From the NCBI GenBank assembly GCA_965217585.1, contig OZ244561.1:4032001-4096000 (forward strand): a stretch of 64,000 nucleotides of DNA, written 5' to 3'. Below the pieces are notes generated by a model. The model did no database searches. It saw nothing but the letters and a program-made list of their open reading frames with translations, and was not told the DNA's origin. Below, in pieces: positions 38,061-47,858 of the stretch. Origin of the DNA: Candidatus Latescibacterota bacterium. Lineage in GTDB: Bacteria > Latescibacterota > UBA2968 > UBA8231. The first letter of the stretch is position 1. Each line of letters starts with the position of its first letter. The position numbers and the translations under genes are program-made.

Positions 38061-39021
38061 TGCGACCTCGGATGAGCACCGCGGGATTCTCGCGGATGAG
38101 TTCAGTGGTTTCGCGGATATTCTGCAAAGTTTCCTCCAGTTCCTGTATGGCGCGCAGAAGATTCTGTCGGCTGGCCCCCACGGTTTGGTCGATGCCCACA
38201 AAGGTCTGGTCGATATGGCTTATCACGGTGTCCATCCGCGCGATGAGCAGGGGAACCGGGCCGTCCATTTGCTGGCGCAACTTGTGCATCGTCACTTGCA
38301 GGTCGTCAACCGTCTGTTGCAGCTTCGCGCCCACGAGCAAGGCGTGCAGGGAATCGACTGTCACCGCCAACGTCGCGCTGGCTTTGGCGAGCGAGCGACT
38401 GGTGGCAACCATATTGGCCGCGGTCTCGTCGAATGCGGAGCGGTTGTTCTCGACCAGCGCGTTGGCCGTGGCCAGCAGATTGCCCGCGTTGCTCAGCAGC
38501 TCGGTGAAGACGCGCTGGTTTTCGCTGCTGAGCAGTGCGCTTAGGTTGTCGATGGTTTGTTCAACCTTGATGCTGAGCACTTCGGCGCGCTCTTGCATGC
38601 TGCTAAAAAAGGTCTCGTCCGCGACAATTGTGGACCCCGGAGGGAGGACTGGGGAGTCGTCACTGCCGCCGAAAAGCTCGATGAACTTCAGGCCGGTGAT
38701 CCCCAACGAGGCCATGCGCGCTTGCGTGTCGGTGCGGATGGCGTTTGCGGCCCGCCGCCTCTCGACCGAAATCTCGATTACCAAAGTAGAGAGATGATCC
38801 TGCGCGATCGCAATGTCCTCGACTCGGCCAATACTGAAACCCAAGTACTTGACATCCGCGCCTTTGTTGAGGCCGCTGACGGGCGAGTTGGACTCGATGT
38901 AATAGGTATCGCGCTGACGCAGGAGATGGCTGCCGGCGACGACGATGAAGAAAAGCGCGAGGACAGAGAGAGAAACTAAGAAGAAGATGCCCAGGCGTAT
39001 TTGCTGTGCTCGGGTAGCCAT
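38044..39021 (-). CDS. mlaD: MCE/MlaD family protein with long helical C-terminal region
   Basis: N-terminal TM, VSGLNKGADVKYLGFSIGRV, LGITGLKFIEL, ends ENPAVLIRG. Confidence 0.88.
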   Translation of the reverse strand: MATRAQQIRLGIFFLVSLSVLALFFIVVAGSHLLRQRDTYYIESNSPVSGLNKGADVKYLGFSIGRVEDIAIAQDHLSTLVIEISVERRRAANAIRTDTQARMASLGITGLKFIELFGGSDDSPVLPPGSTIVADETFFSSMQERAEVLSIKVEQTIDNLSALLSSENQRVFTELLSNAGNLLATANALVENNRSAFDETAANMVATSRSLAKASATLAVTVDSLHALLVGAKLQQTVDDLQVTMHKLRQQMDGPVPLLIARMDTVISHIDQTFVGIDQTVGASRQNLLRAIQELEETLQNIRETTELIRENPAVLIRGRSGATE

Positions 39022-39072
39022 AAAGACGCTGTGGAATAAGTCGTAATTGAAATGCCGCCCCTTGGGGCAATA

Positions 39073-39978
39073 TCAGCAACGCACCCCTTGCGAGCAAGAA
39101 CTCGGCACCACCACCCGCAGAGCCGCCGGGCTAATTTCCAGCACCAGTGGCGTCTGGTCTAGATAGTCGCCGTCCACATATACGCTGTGCGGCGCGTCAG
39201 TGTGCAGCGCTAGGCGGGCTGTGCGCTCGATGCGCACGGCTGGATGGCGGACATGTCCTTGCCAAAAGAGGCGGATCATCAGCGGTAGAATCGCCCACCG
39301 TGGCACCGCATTGACGACGACCACGTCGAAGAGGCCATCGCCGCAATCGGCATCTGGGGCAACGCACAAATTGCCTCCATAGTTCCGCGTATTAGCGGTA
39401 GATACTTGCAGCACCTCTTGCTCAATCTCCCCGAAATCGCCGCAGAGGCGGACCTGGGCCGGTTGGTAGCGAGCGACGTGCCGCAACGCTTCCAAGATAT
39501 AGCGGGCCCGCCCGGACAGAGGCCCTTGGGCGCTTTCCATGCGGCGATTGACTTCGGCGTCAAAGCCAAAGGCGGCGATTGTGGCGAAGAAGCGGTCGCC
39601 GGCCCGGCCCAAGTCTATGGTGCGCACCTCGCCGCGGAGCAGGTTGCCTATGGCCGCTTCCACTCGGAGCGGCACTTCGAGGGCGCGGGCCAAGTCGTTG
39701 CACGTGCCGCAGGGCAGCAGCCCCAAGGTCGTGTGCGAGCCGGCGAGGGGCGCGAGTGTCTCGTTGATGGTGCCATCGCCGCCGCAGACCACGAGCCGCT
39801 CAGCACCCTCGGCCACGGCCTGCTGCGCCAGCTCGGCTCCGTGGCCCTTGGCCCGCGTGTAGCGCAATTCGACCGCTTGACCGGCAGCTTGCATAGCCAA
39901 GGCGGCTTGCTCGGCGAAGCTGCGCGCGCGGGCGTTGCCCGCCGTTGGATTGGCTATCAAGACCCAGTGTTTGGACAT
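39073..39978 (-). CDS. Diacylglycerol/lipid kinase (YegS/DagK family)
   Basis: NPTAG, GGDGTINE, PCGTCNDLAR, GFDAEV, NYGG, YVDGD. Confidence 0.92.
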   Translation of the reverse strand: MSKHWVLIANPTAGNARARSFAEQAALAMQAAGQAVELRYTRAKGHGAELAQQAVAEGAERLVVCGGDGTINETLAPLAGSHTTLGLLPCGTCNDLARALEVPLRVEAAIGNLLRGEVRTIDLGRAGDRFFATIAAFGFDAEVNRRMESAQGPLSGRARYILEALRHVARYQPAQVRLCGDFGEIEQEVLQVSTANTRNYGGNLCVAPDADCGDGLFDVVVVNAVPRWAILPLMIRLFWQGHVRHPAVRIERTARLALHTDAPHSVYVDGDYLDQTPLVLEISPAALRVVVPSSCSQGVRC

Positions 39979-40042
39979 AGCTTGGGTTGTCCCGTCCCGT
40001 CCTGCGCATAGATTAACCTTGATAAAAAGATAACATCAAAAC

Positions 40043-40189
40043 ATGGCCAAGCGAAAACGAGACATCGAGTGGGCTGACCAGCGCCGCGAGCTGGAAAAAC
40101 AGGTCAAGCACCCCTATATCACCAAGCAAGGGCTAGACCGGAATCGGCGCGACGGCAAGGGTCGCGATCCTAAGCGTCCCGAGCAGTGA
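40043..40189 (+). CDS. Small charged protein, 48 aa
   Basis: MAKRKRDIEWADQRRELEKQVKHPYITKQGLDRNRRDGKGRDPKRPEQ*; host-like GC3 bias; followed by hairpin GGCGGGG-CG-TCCCGCC. Confidence 0.55.
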   Translation: MAKRKRDIEWADQRRELEKQVKHPYITKQGLDRNRRDGKGRDPKRPEQ

Positions 40190-40195
40190 GCCTCC

Positions 40196-40279
40196 TTGTG
40201 GCGGGGCGTCCCGCCTTCTATATTACAGCGCTTCAAGCCCTGTCCTGACGGGCCTCTCGCGGCACGGGATGGGGCTTTT
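40196..40279 (+). promoter_or_regulatory. Putative promoter and structured 5' leader of the multidomain lipid gene
   Basis: TTGTGG-17 nt-TATATT (40196-40224), then stem AAGCCCTGTCCTG / CGGGATGGGGCTT (40235-40277) ending in TTTT. Confidence 0.4.
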
Positions 40280-40308
40280 GTCCGTCTCCGCTATGATCCG
40301 TTTCCGCT

Positions 40309-43300
40309 ATGATCAGAGAATTCTATCAGGACCGCACCGTGTTGCTGACCGGCGGCACCGGGTTTTACGGGCAAGGGCTGACGGCCAAGATCCTGCGCTA
40401 TTTGCCCGCCGTGCGGCGCTTGTACCTCGTTTTGCGGCCCGGTCGGGGTCCTGATGGAGCCGCGCTGCCGGTAGAGGAGCGGCTGGACGAGCTTTTCAAG
40501 CTAGTCGTCTTCGACCGCTTTCGCCGCGAGGAGCCAGCCGCTTTTGCTGCGGCGCGACAGAAGGTGCGCGCCCTCGCCTGCGACATGCAGCAGCCGGGCC
40601 TCGGGCTAGACGAAGCATCGCGCGACGAGTTGCTCGCGGAAGTTGACCTCATCATCGGCAACGCGGCCAGCGTCACCTTCGACGAACCGCTCGACTCGGC
40701 GATCCAATTCAACACCTTGGCACCTCAGGAGCTTTTGCGGCTGGCCCGCGGAGGCCGCAAAAAGCCCGTCTTAGTACACGTATCAACCGCATACGTCAAC
40801 GGCCGCCTCGCCGGTGCCGTCCCCGAGCGAGTACTGCCGGTCGATCGCACGATTCAACACCTAATCGACGGCAGCACGCCTCCACAGCCTTTCGTCCCCG
40901 AAGAAGAGATCGCCCAAGCGCAAGCCCGCTGCCGTGCAATCCGTGCCCAAGCGCAAAGCGCCGAGCAACAGCAAGCATTCCGCCGCGAGATCGTCGAGCA
41001 GAGCCATAGCCGCAAGCTTTCTGACAGCCGCTTGCAAAAGCTGATTGACGACCGCTGTCGCCGCTGGATCGAGCGCGAGTTGGTCGAGGAAGGGATGCGC
41101 CGAGCGCGGCAGCATGGCTGGAATGACGTGTACACTTTTACCAAAGCCATGGGCGAACAGCTACTCGTCAAGCACCGCGACCAAGTGCCGCTGGCCATCG
41201 TGCGGCCCAGCGTCACCGAAGGCGCGCTCGAAGATCCACATCCAGGCTGGATCCACGGCCTCAAAGTAACCGATCCACTAATCGTGGCCTACGGGCGGGG
41301 GCTTGTCCCGGACTTCCCGGCCGCAGTCGGCGCGCCCATGGACTTGGTGCCCGTGGACATCGTCGTCAATACCGTGCTGGCCGCGGCCACGCAGGCCACG
41401 GCCTCCACAGTGGAGGTCTTCCACGCGGCAACCAGCGAAGAAAACCCGCTGCCCAACACCCGGATGTTCAAGTACGTAAAAGGCTACTTTGAGGAACACC
41501 CCCTCCTCAACAAAGACGGCTCGCGGCCCGAGCTAGTGGATTGGACCTTCCCGACGGTGACCCGCTTCCAGCGCGCCTTCAACTGGAAGTACCTCTATCC
41601 TCTGGAGATAAAGCAAAAGCTCTACGAGTACCTGCCCGAGCGCTGGGCACCGGCCCAGAAGAAACGCCGCTTGGCCGCACTCAAGACGCGACTCAAGCGC
41701 GTCCAGTACTTCACCGACCTGTTCAGCCCGTACACGACCCTCGATTGCCGCTATGAAACTAAGCGCATGTTGGCTCTCTACGAGTCGCTGTCCCCCGAAG
41801 AGCAGCGAATCTTCAACATGGACGTGCGGCGGATCGACTGGTATCAATACTATCAAAAGACCCACCTGCCCGGCCTGCGGCGTCACGAGCTAGGCGGGGC
41901 CGACGACGAGCAAGAGCCGTTGAGCGCGGCACCGGGCGAAGTGGGAGGCGAGGAACAGCGCTGGCGCATCGAGGAAAGCATCCGCACGATCCCGGACCTG
42001 TTGCGCTGGGCCTGCGGTCGCTACGCCGCCAGAACGGCCTTGCAAATCGAGCGCCGAGCCGGCTGGACGCGGATCAGCTACGACGAGTTGCTCGCCCGCG
42101 CCGAGCGCGTGGCGCGCAGTTGGCAAGCGCAGGGCGCGTCGGCCGGTGCGCGGGTCCTGCTGTGCGGGGACAACGGGCCGGAGTGGGTCGTCGCCTATAT
42201 GGCGGCCAGCCTGCTCGGGCTAGCGGTCGTGCCCATCGACCCGCAGACGCGCGAGGAAGACATCTGGAGGCTGTGCGACTTTGTCCAAGCGCGGGCACTG
42301 ATTGCGGCGGAAAAGCGCTTTTCTCAGCTCTCGCCCGAGGGCGTGGCAGCCCACAAGGAGATGGCCTTTTTCAATGTAGATCACGACGGTCTGCCGTTCG
42401 GGCACGCTCCCGAACCAGCCGCGGCCGCTGAAGAAGGCCGTTGGAAGCCACCACGGATCGGGCCAGACGCCACGGCGTCAATCATCTTTACCTCGGTCCT
42501 CGAGCCGCGCGGAGTGGTGTTGAGCCATCGCAACCTCATCTCCAATGTCCTCGCCCAAGGCGAGGTGCTGCGCATCTACGAATCCGACCGCATGCTCTCG
42601 ACCCTGCCCCTGCACCAAGTCCTCGAATTCACGGGCGGCTTGCTGCTGCCGCTGCTCAGCGGGGCCACCATCACGTATTTAGAGGCCGTCAACAGCCGCG
42701 AGATGCTCCGCGCCCTGCACGATACGGGTACGACCGTGCTGTTGACCGCGCCGCGCCTGTTGCGCGTCTTGGCCGACCGCGTCGAGCGCCTCGGGGCCGA
42801 GGCCACGGCTGCGCTAGTCGCTCTGAGGCGGGTCGTCAGCGTCGGCGCAACCCTGTCCGACGACCTCATCGGCGCTTACGAGCGTCTCGGCGCGGCGATT
42901 TGCCAAGGCTATGGCCTGAGCGAAGCGGCCTCGGTCGTGGCGGTCAACGAGCCTAAGCAGGGCAAAGCCCGGTCGGTGGGGCAGGTGCTGCCTGGGCAGC
43001 AAGTGCAGATCGCCGAGCCAGACGAGCGCGGCGTCGGCGAGGTGTTGGTGCGGGGTGCCAACGTCATGGAGGGGTACCTCTCCCAAGAAGAGCTGACCCA
43101 AGCGGTGTTGCGCGACGGGTGGCTACACACCGGCGATCTCGGCCGACTAGACCAAGAAGGCTATCTCTTCGTCGAGGGGCGGAGCAAAGACCTGATCGTC
43201 AACGGAGCTGGCCACAACGTCTATCCACGCGAAATCGAATCGCTCTACCACGGCTTGCCGCACGTGGCCGAGCTGAGCGTGGTCGGCGTGCCCTCGGCTC

Positions 43301-44505
43301 GCACCGGGGGTGAAGAAGTGCGCGGCGTGGCCGTACTCAACCGCGAGGCCGAGGAGGCCGAGGACCTGCGCGAGGCTATCCAAGCGCGCTCATACGAGAT
43401 TTCTCGCACCTTGCCCAGCCATCACCGGATCCAGCGCCTGCACTTTTGGACCCAACCGCTGCCGAGGCTGGACGACGGGGCCGTGGACCGCCGTGCCCTG
43501 TTGTCCGCAATCGAGCGCGAAGACTGCCCAGACACGGCCCTGCCGGAATGGGAGCGGGCGATCCAGCGCCAAATCGGCCTGCTCGCTGGTCTGAGCGCCG
43601 GAGAGGTAGCAGCTCATATAGACGCACCGCTCGACACCTTGTTGGATTCGCTGATGGCAGTGGAGTTCGCCGCGTGGATCGGCCAGCGGCTGGGGAACCA
43701 AGTCGATGGGCTTTGGTGCCCACAGGACACGCTCCGCAGCGTCTTGGCGCGGTTAGAGGCCCACTTGCGCGACGGGGTGGACTGGGAGGTGGAGCAGTCA
43801 CCCGCGTACTGGTCGGGCATCTTGCACGCCGAGCTGAGCGCCGAGCCAGAGAACGAGGCCGGCAAAAAGATGCTGCAAGAATTCCTGTGGGAGACCGGCG
43901 GCCCCTTGTTCCGCCGCTTTTTCGACCTCCGGGCTGGCGGCCTAGAGTACTTGCCGCAAGATCGGCCATACCTAATTGCCGCCAACCACGCCAGCCACCT
44001 CGACGGTGCTTGCGTGTACTCAGCCGTGCGCTCTCATGTAGATCACCTCAATATCTCAATGGACGAGCATCACCTTGCCGACTCCGAGTTGCGCTGGTTT
44101 TTGTACACCTTTGCCAACGCCGTCCCCTTCGACGGCCACGGCGATTTTGCCGCCGGCTTGGTGCGGGCGCGGCAATTGGTGGGGGTGCGCCGCCCGCTGC
44201 TGGTCTTTCCCGAAGGCACGCGCTCAGTCAACGATCAGCTACAGCCGTTTAAGGCGGGCGTGGGGCTTTTGGCCTACGAGCTGGACGCGCCCGTAGTGCC
44301 CCTGCACATTGCCGGCACCCGCGAAGCCCTGCCCAAGGGGACGCGCACACCATCGCGCCACCCTTTGCGCCTGCTCTTTGGCCCCCCCCTAGAAACGACC
44401 TCTTTCAAAGGGCGCGCCGAGGCGTTGAGCCCCTATGAGATCTACTACGAGATCGCCGCGGCACTTAAGCGACACATCGAGGCGCTGGGCCGCAAGAACA
44501 TTTAA
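40309..44505 (+). CDS. ElbD-like multidomain enzyme: fatty acyl reductase + adenylation domain + ACP + PlsC-type acyltransferase
   Basis: TGGTGFYG, HVSTAYV and YTFTK (FAR); GYGLSE and LHTGDLG (AMP-binding); LDSLMAVE (phosphopantetheine Ser); NHASHLD and FPEGTRS (acyltransferase). Confidence 0.85.
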   Translation: MIREFYQDRTVLLTGGTGFYGQGLTAKILRYLPAVRRLYLVLRPGRGPDGAALPVEERLDELFKLVVFDRFRREEPAAFAAARQKVRALACDMQQPGLGLDEASRDELLAEVDLIIGNAASVTFDEPLDSAIQFNTLAPQELLRLARGGRKKPVLVHVSTAYVNGRLAGAVPERVLPVDRTIQHLIDGSTPPQPFVPEEEIAQAQARCRAIRAQAQSAEQQQAFRREIVEQSHSRKLSDSRLQKLIDDRCRRWIERELVEEGMRRARQHGWNDVYTFTKAMGEQLLVKHRDQVPLAIVRPSVTEGALEDPHPGWIHGLKVTDPLIVAYGRGLVPDFPAAVGAPMDLVPVDIVVNTVLAAATQATASTVEVFHAATSEENPLPNTRMFKYVKGYFEEHPLLNKDGSRPELVDWTFPTVTRFQRAFNWKYLYPLEIKQKLYEYLPERWAPAQKKRRLAALKTRLKRVQYFTDLFSPYTTLDCRYETKRMLALYESLSPEEQRIFNMDVRRIDWYQYYQKTHLPGLRRHELGGADDEQEPLSAAPGEVGGEEQRWRIEESIRTIPDLLRWACGRYAARTALQIERRAGWTRISYDELLARAERVARSWQAQGASAGARVLLCGDNGPEWVVAYMAASLLGLAVVPIDPQTREEDIWRLCDFVQARALIAAEKRFSQLSPEGVAAHKEMAFFNVDHDGLPFGHAPEPAAAAEEGRWKPPRIGPDATASIIFTSVLEPRGVVLSHRNLISNVLAQGEVLRIYESDRMLSTLPLHQVLEFTGGLLLPLLSGATITYLEAVNSREMLRALHDTGTTVLLTAPRLLRVLADRVERLGAEATAALVALRRVVSVGATLSDDLIGAYERLGAAICQGYGLSEAASVVAVNEPKQGKARSVGQVLPGQQVQIAEPDERGVGEVLVRGANVMEGYLSQEELTQAVLRDGWLHTGDLGRLDQEGYLFVEGRSKDLIVNGAGHNVYPREIESLYHGLPHVAELSVVGVPSARTGGEEVRGVAVLNREAEEAEDLREAIQARSYEISRTLPSHHRIQRLHFWTQPLPRLDDGAVDRRALLSAIEREDCPDTALPEWERAIQRQIGLLAGLSAGEVAAHIDAPLDTLLDSLMAVEFAAWIGQRLGNQVDGLWCPQDTLRSVLARLEAHLRDGVDWEVEQSPAYWSGILHAELSAEPENEAGKKMLQEFLWETGGPLFRRFFDLRAGGLEYLPQDRPYLIAANHASHLDGACVYSAVRSHVDHLNISMDEHHLADSELRWFLYTFANAVPFDGHGDFAAGLVRARQLVGVRRPLLVFPEGTRSVNDQLQPFKAGVGLLAYELDAPVVPLHIAGTREALPKGTRTPSRHPLRLLFGPPLETTSFKGRAEALSPYEIYYEIAAALKRHIEALGRKNI

Positions 44506-44507
44506 TT

Positions 44508-45260
44508 ATGTATCCCTACCTATTCGAGATCGGCCCCATTACTATTAGCACGTTTGGCCTCATGGTAGCCCTCGGTTTCCTAGCGTCCCTGCGTGTGCTC
44601 AATCGCGAGTTCAAGCGCCAGGGGCTACACGAAGAGTTGGGATCGACGATTGTCACCACCTGCATGGTCGGCGGGATAGTCGGGGCCAAGCTCTACTTTG
44701 TGCTATTTGAAACCTCGCCTGAGACCTGGGACGAGGTGTTCGACCTGCTGTTTTCCGGCTACGGCTTGACTTGGTACGGGGGGTTTGTCCTTGCTGCCGC
44801 CGGCGTGCTTTGGCAAATTCGCCGACTCAGTGCGCCGCTGGGCCAAGTCGCCGACTCGTTGGGCATTGCCGCTGCCGTGGGCTACGGGATCGGGCGGATC
44901 GGCTGCCAGCTCGCCGGCGATGGCGACTACGGGGTGCCGACTGATCTTCCCTGGGGCATGGCCTATCCCAACGGAGTGGTGCCGACCCTTGAAAAGGTCC
45001 ATCCCGCGCCAGTGTACGAAACTCTCGCCCACCTGGGGATCGCTGTCTTCCTGTGGAAGACGCGGACCCGCTTCGCGACCCCAGGTCTGTCGTTCAGCTT
45101 CTATCTCATCCTCGCCGGGCTAGCGCGGTTCTTGGTGGAGTTCATTCGGATCAACCCGCGCGTGCTGTGGGGCCTGAGCCAAGCCCAGCTCCTCAGCATC
45201 GCCATGATCGCCTTCGGCTTGGGGCTGATGCTGTATCTGCAACGCCGGGAGGCCTCCTGA
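44508..45260 (+). CDS. lgt: Prolipoprotein diacylglyceryl transferase
   Basis: [37 protein letters not shown]. Confidence 0.93.
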   Translation: MYPYLFEIGPITISTFGLMVALGFLASLRVLNREFKRQGLHEELGSTIVTTCMVGGIVGAKLYFVLFETSPETWDEVFDLLFSGYGLTWYGGFVLAAAGVLWQIRRLSAPLGQVADSLGIAAAVGYGIGRIGCQLAGDGDYGVPTDLPWGMAYPNGVVPTLEKVHPAPVYETLAHLGIAVFLWKTRTRFATPGLSFSFYLILAGLARFLVEFIRINPRVLWGLSQAQLLSIAMIAFGLGLMLYLQRREAS

Positions 45261-46729
45261 TGGCCAAGACGCGCTATCCGCGCATCTCCAGCTTTAAGCG
45301 GGCAGCGGACTTCCGCGCCCATCTGGCCCATTTGGGTGCGGAATTGCCCTGCGATGACCAGATCGAAACCGCTCCCACTTCCCCGCTGGCCCAACCAGCC
45401 CACAGCGGCGGCAACCGCATCGGCAACCGCTTTGCCATTCAGCCGATGGAAGGGTGGGACGGGACTGAGGACGGTCAGCCGAGCGATTTGACGCGCCGCC
45501 GCTGGCGGAATTTCGGGCGCAGCGAGGCCAAGCTCATCTGGGGTGGCGAGGCGTTTGCCGTAGTGCCCGAGGGCCGCGCCAACCCGAACCAGCTTATGGC
45601 ACGCGAGGAAAATCGCACCGGCATGGCCGAGCTGCGCGACATCCTCCTGTCGGCGCACCACGAGCGGTTCGGCACCACCGACGACCTGCTCCTCGGCCTG
45701 CAACTGACGCATTCGGGGCGATTCTGCCGGCCCTGGCGTAAAGACCAATCCGCGCCAGCCATTCTCTATCACCACCCGATCCTGGATCGCAAATTCGGCC
45801 TTGACGCGGACTATCCGCTCCTGACGGACGCCTATATCGAGGAGCTGATCGACCGCTATGTTGCCGGCGCGCAAATCGCCCACGAGTTGGGCTACCACTT
45901 CGTGGACATCAAGCATTGCCACGGCTATCTAGGGCACGAATTCCTCAGCGCGTTCACGCGGCCCGGTCCTTTTGGCGGCTCCTTTGCCAATCGCACGCGC
46001 TTTGTCCGCTCCATCATCGAGGGGATCCGCACCCAAGCACCCGGCCTCGGCATTGGCGTGCGGCTGAGTGCCTTCGACTTGGTGCCCTTCCGGCCCGATC
46101 CAGACGCGAGTACCGACGGCAAGCCGGGGCATGGAGTGCCCGAACCGTACCAAAACTGCCTGCCCTACGAGTACGGCTTTGGAGTCGATCAGGGCGACCC
46201 GCGGCAAATGGACTTAGGCGAGGCCGAGCAGTTCATCGCCTTGTTGGAGAGCTTGGGCGTGGAGCTGATCAACTTGTCCTGCGGCAGCCCTTATTACAAT
46301 CCGCATATCCAGCGACCGGCGCTCTTTCCCCCTTCCGATGGGTACCTGCCGCCGGAAGACCCGCTGTGCGGGGTGGCGCGGCAAGTGGCGATGGTCGCCC
46401 AGCTCAAAGCGCGCTTCCCGCGCAGTCTGTTCGTCGGGTCGGGATATTCCTACTTGCAGGAATATCTGCCACACGTGGGGCAAGCCCTCGTGCGGGCGGG
46501 CATGGTGGATTTCATTGGTTTGGGGCGGATGGTTCTGTCCTATCCCGACCTGCCCTGCGACGTGCTGCAAACGGGCCAACTGCAACGCCGCGTCATCTGC
46601 CGCACGTTTTCCGATTGCACGACCGCGCCGCGCAACGGCATGATTTCGGGCTGCTTTCCCCTCGACTCGTTTTACAAGCAGCGCGAGGAAGCCCAGCGCT
46701 TGCAGGCACTCAAAAAGGGAGCGGAATAA
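45260..46729 (+). CDS. NADH:flavin oxidoreductase (old yellow enzyme family)
   Basis: [41 protein letters not shown]; ATG overlaps the lgt stop. Confidence 0.88.
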   Translation: MAKTRYPRISSFKRAADFRAHLAHLGAELPCDDQIETAPTSPLAQPAHSGGNRIGNRFAIQPMEGWDGTEDGQPSDLTRRRWRNFGRSEAKLIWGGEAFAVVPEGRANPNQLMAREENRTGMAELRDILLSAHHERFGTTDDLLLGLQLTHSGRFCRPWRKDQSAPAILYHHPILDRKFGLDADYPLLTDAYIEELIDRYVAGAQIAHELGYHFVDIKHCHGYLGHEFLSAFTRPGPFGGSFANRTRFVRSIIEGIRTQAPGLGIGVRLSAFDLVPFRPDPDASTDGKPGHGVPEPYQNCLPYEYGFGVDQGDPRQMDLGEAEQFIALLESLGVELINLSCGSPYYNPHIQRPALFPPSDGYLPPEDPLCGVARQVAMVAQLKARFPRSLFVGSGYSYLQEYLPHVGQALVRAGMVDFIGLGRMVLSYPDLPCDVLQTGQLQRRVICRTFSDCTTAPRNGMISGCFPLDSFYKQREEAQRLQALKKGAE

Positions 46730-47460
46730 TGCGGCAATTCGTCGATAAAGTTGTTGTTGTAACCGGCGCGGGCACTGGGATCGGCGCGGCCATAGCACGC
46801 GGTTTTGCTGACGCAGGGGCGCGGGTGGCGTTCGTCGGGCGACGTCCTGAACCGCTCGCCGCTGCGGCCGCTGGCCTCAATGCCGCCCGGATTCTGCTCC
46901 ACGCCTGCGACGTATCCGACCGCTGCGCTGTCGCTGACCTAGCGTCCGCTGTCGAGGCCGAGTGGGGTGTCGTCGATGTGCTAGTCAACAACGCCGGCAT
47001 CAACACCAATCCGCGCGCAGTCGGTGACGTGGCACCCGAGGACTGGGACCAGACCATTGCCATCAATCTCACTGGGGTGTACAACATGATGCGGGTGGTG
47101 TTGCCGGGGATGCGGCAACAAAACGACGGCCTCATCATCACGATTTCGTCCATCGCCGGCCTGCGGGCCAGCAAGCTGGCCGGTGCCGCGTACTCGGCCT
47201 CCAAGCACGGGGCGGTAGCTCTGACAAACTCTATCAACGAGGAGGAAGTCGAGTTCGGCATCCGCGCCTGCGCGATTTGTCCCGGCGAGGTGGAGACGCC
47301 GATTTTGGCCCAGCGGCCCGAACCCGTCAGCGCCGAACGCCGGGCCGCCATGCTGCAACCCGAAGAACTGGCCCAAGCCGCGCTCTTCGTCGCCTCGCTG
47401 CCGCCCCGCGCCTGCGTGCCCCTCTTGGTGATCAAGCCGACGGTGCAACTATTTCAGTAG
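46729..47460 (+). CDS. Classical short-chain dehydrogenase/reductase
   Basis: TGAGTGIG, NNAG, YSASK; ATG at 46729 overlaps the upstream TAA. Confidence 0.92.
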   Translation: MRQFVDKVVVVTGAGTGIGAAIARGFADAGARVAFVGRRPEPLAAAAAGLNAARILLHACDVSDRCAVADLASAVEAEWGVVDVLVNNAGINTNPRAVGDVAPEDWDQTIAINLTGVYNMMRVVLPGMRQQNDGLIITISSIAGLRASKLAGAAYSASKHGAVALTNSINEEEVEFGIRACAICPGEVETPILAQRPEPVSAERRAAMLQPEELAQAALFVASLPPRACVPLLVIKPTVQLFQ

Positions 47461-47518
47461 GGCGTTACTAAACGCTATCTCATAGTTCGCTACTCAGGTG
47501 ATCGAAAGGGCGAGGATA

Positions 47519-47770
47519 ATGACAACGCGGAAAATCGTGATTGATATTCCAGAGAACGTACTGCTGGCCGCGAAGACCGACGAACGCGCTTTTGCACGTG
47601 AACTCCGCATGCTGGCCGCGGTCAAGCTCTACGAGCTTGGCCGTCTTTCGTCTGGCCGGGCTGCGGAGCTCGCCGGGATGGAGCGCGTGGAATTTCTATT
47701 GACGCTTGACCGCTACAAGGTCTTTCCACTTGAGACGGAGTTGAATGACCTAGAACGCGAGCATGTCTGA
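47519..47770 (+). CDS. UPF0175 family putative antitoxin
   Basis: AAVKLYELGRLSSGRAAELAGM.RVEFL motif. Confidence 0.85.
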   Translation: MTTRKIVIDIPENVLLAAKTDERAFARELRMLAAVKLYELGRLSSGRAAELAGMERVEFLLTLDRYKVFPLETELNDLEREHV

Positions 47771-47809
47771 GTTCATCAGCAACACTCTGCGCTGCTGTAC
47801 CTTTATCGC
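47763..47809 (+). pseudogene. 5' stub of a DUF3368-type PIN toxin
   Basis: Overlapping ATG; reads MSEFISNT, then with one frame shift ALLYLYR, like the DUF3368 start VISNTSPLLYL. Confidence 0.55.
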
Positions 47810-47858
47810 AAATCCATCGTCATGCGTCTTTCGTGGAATGAAATAATTGGAGAATACC

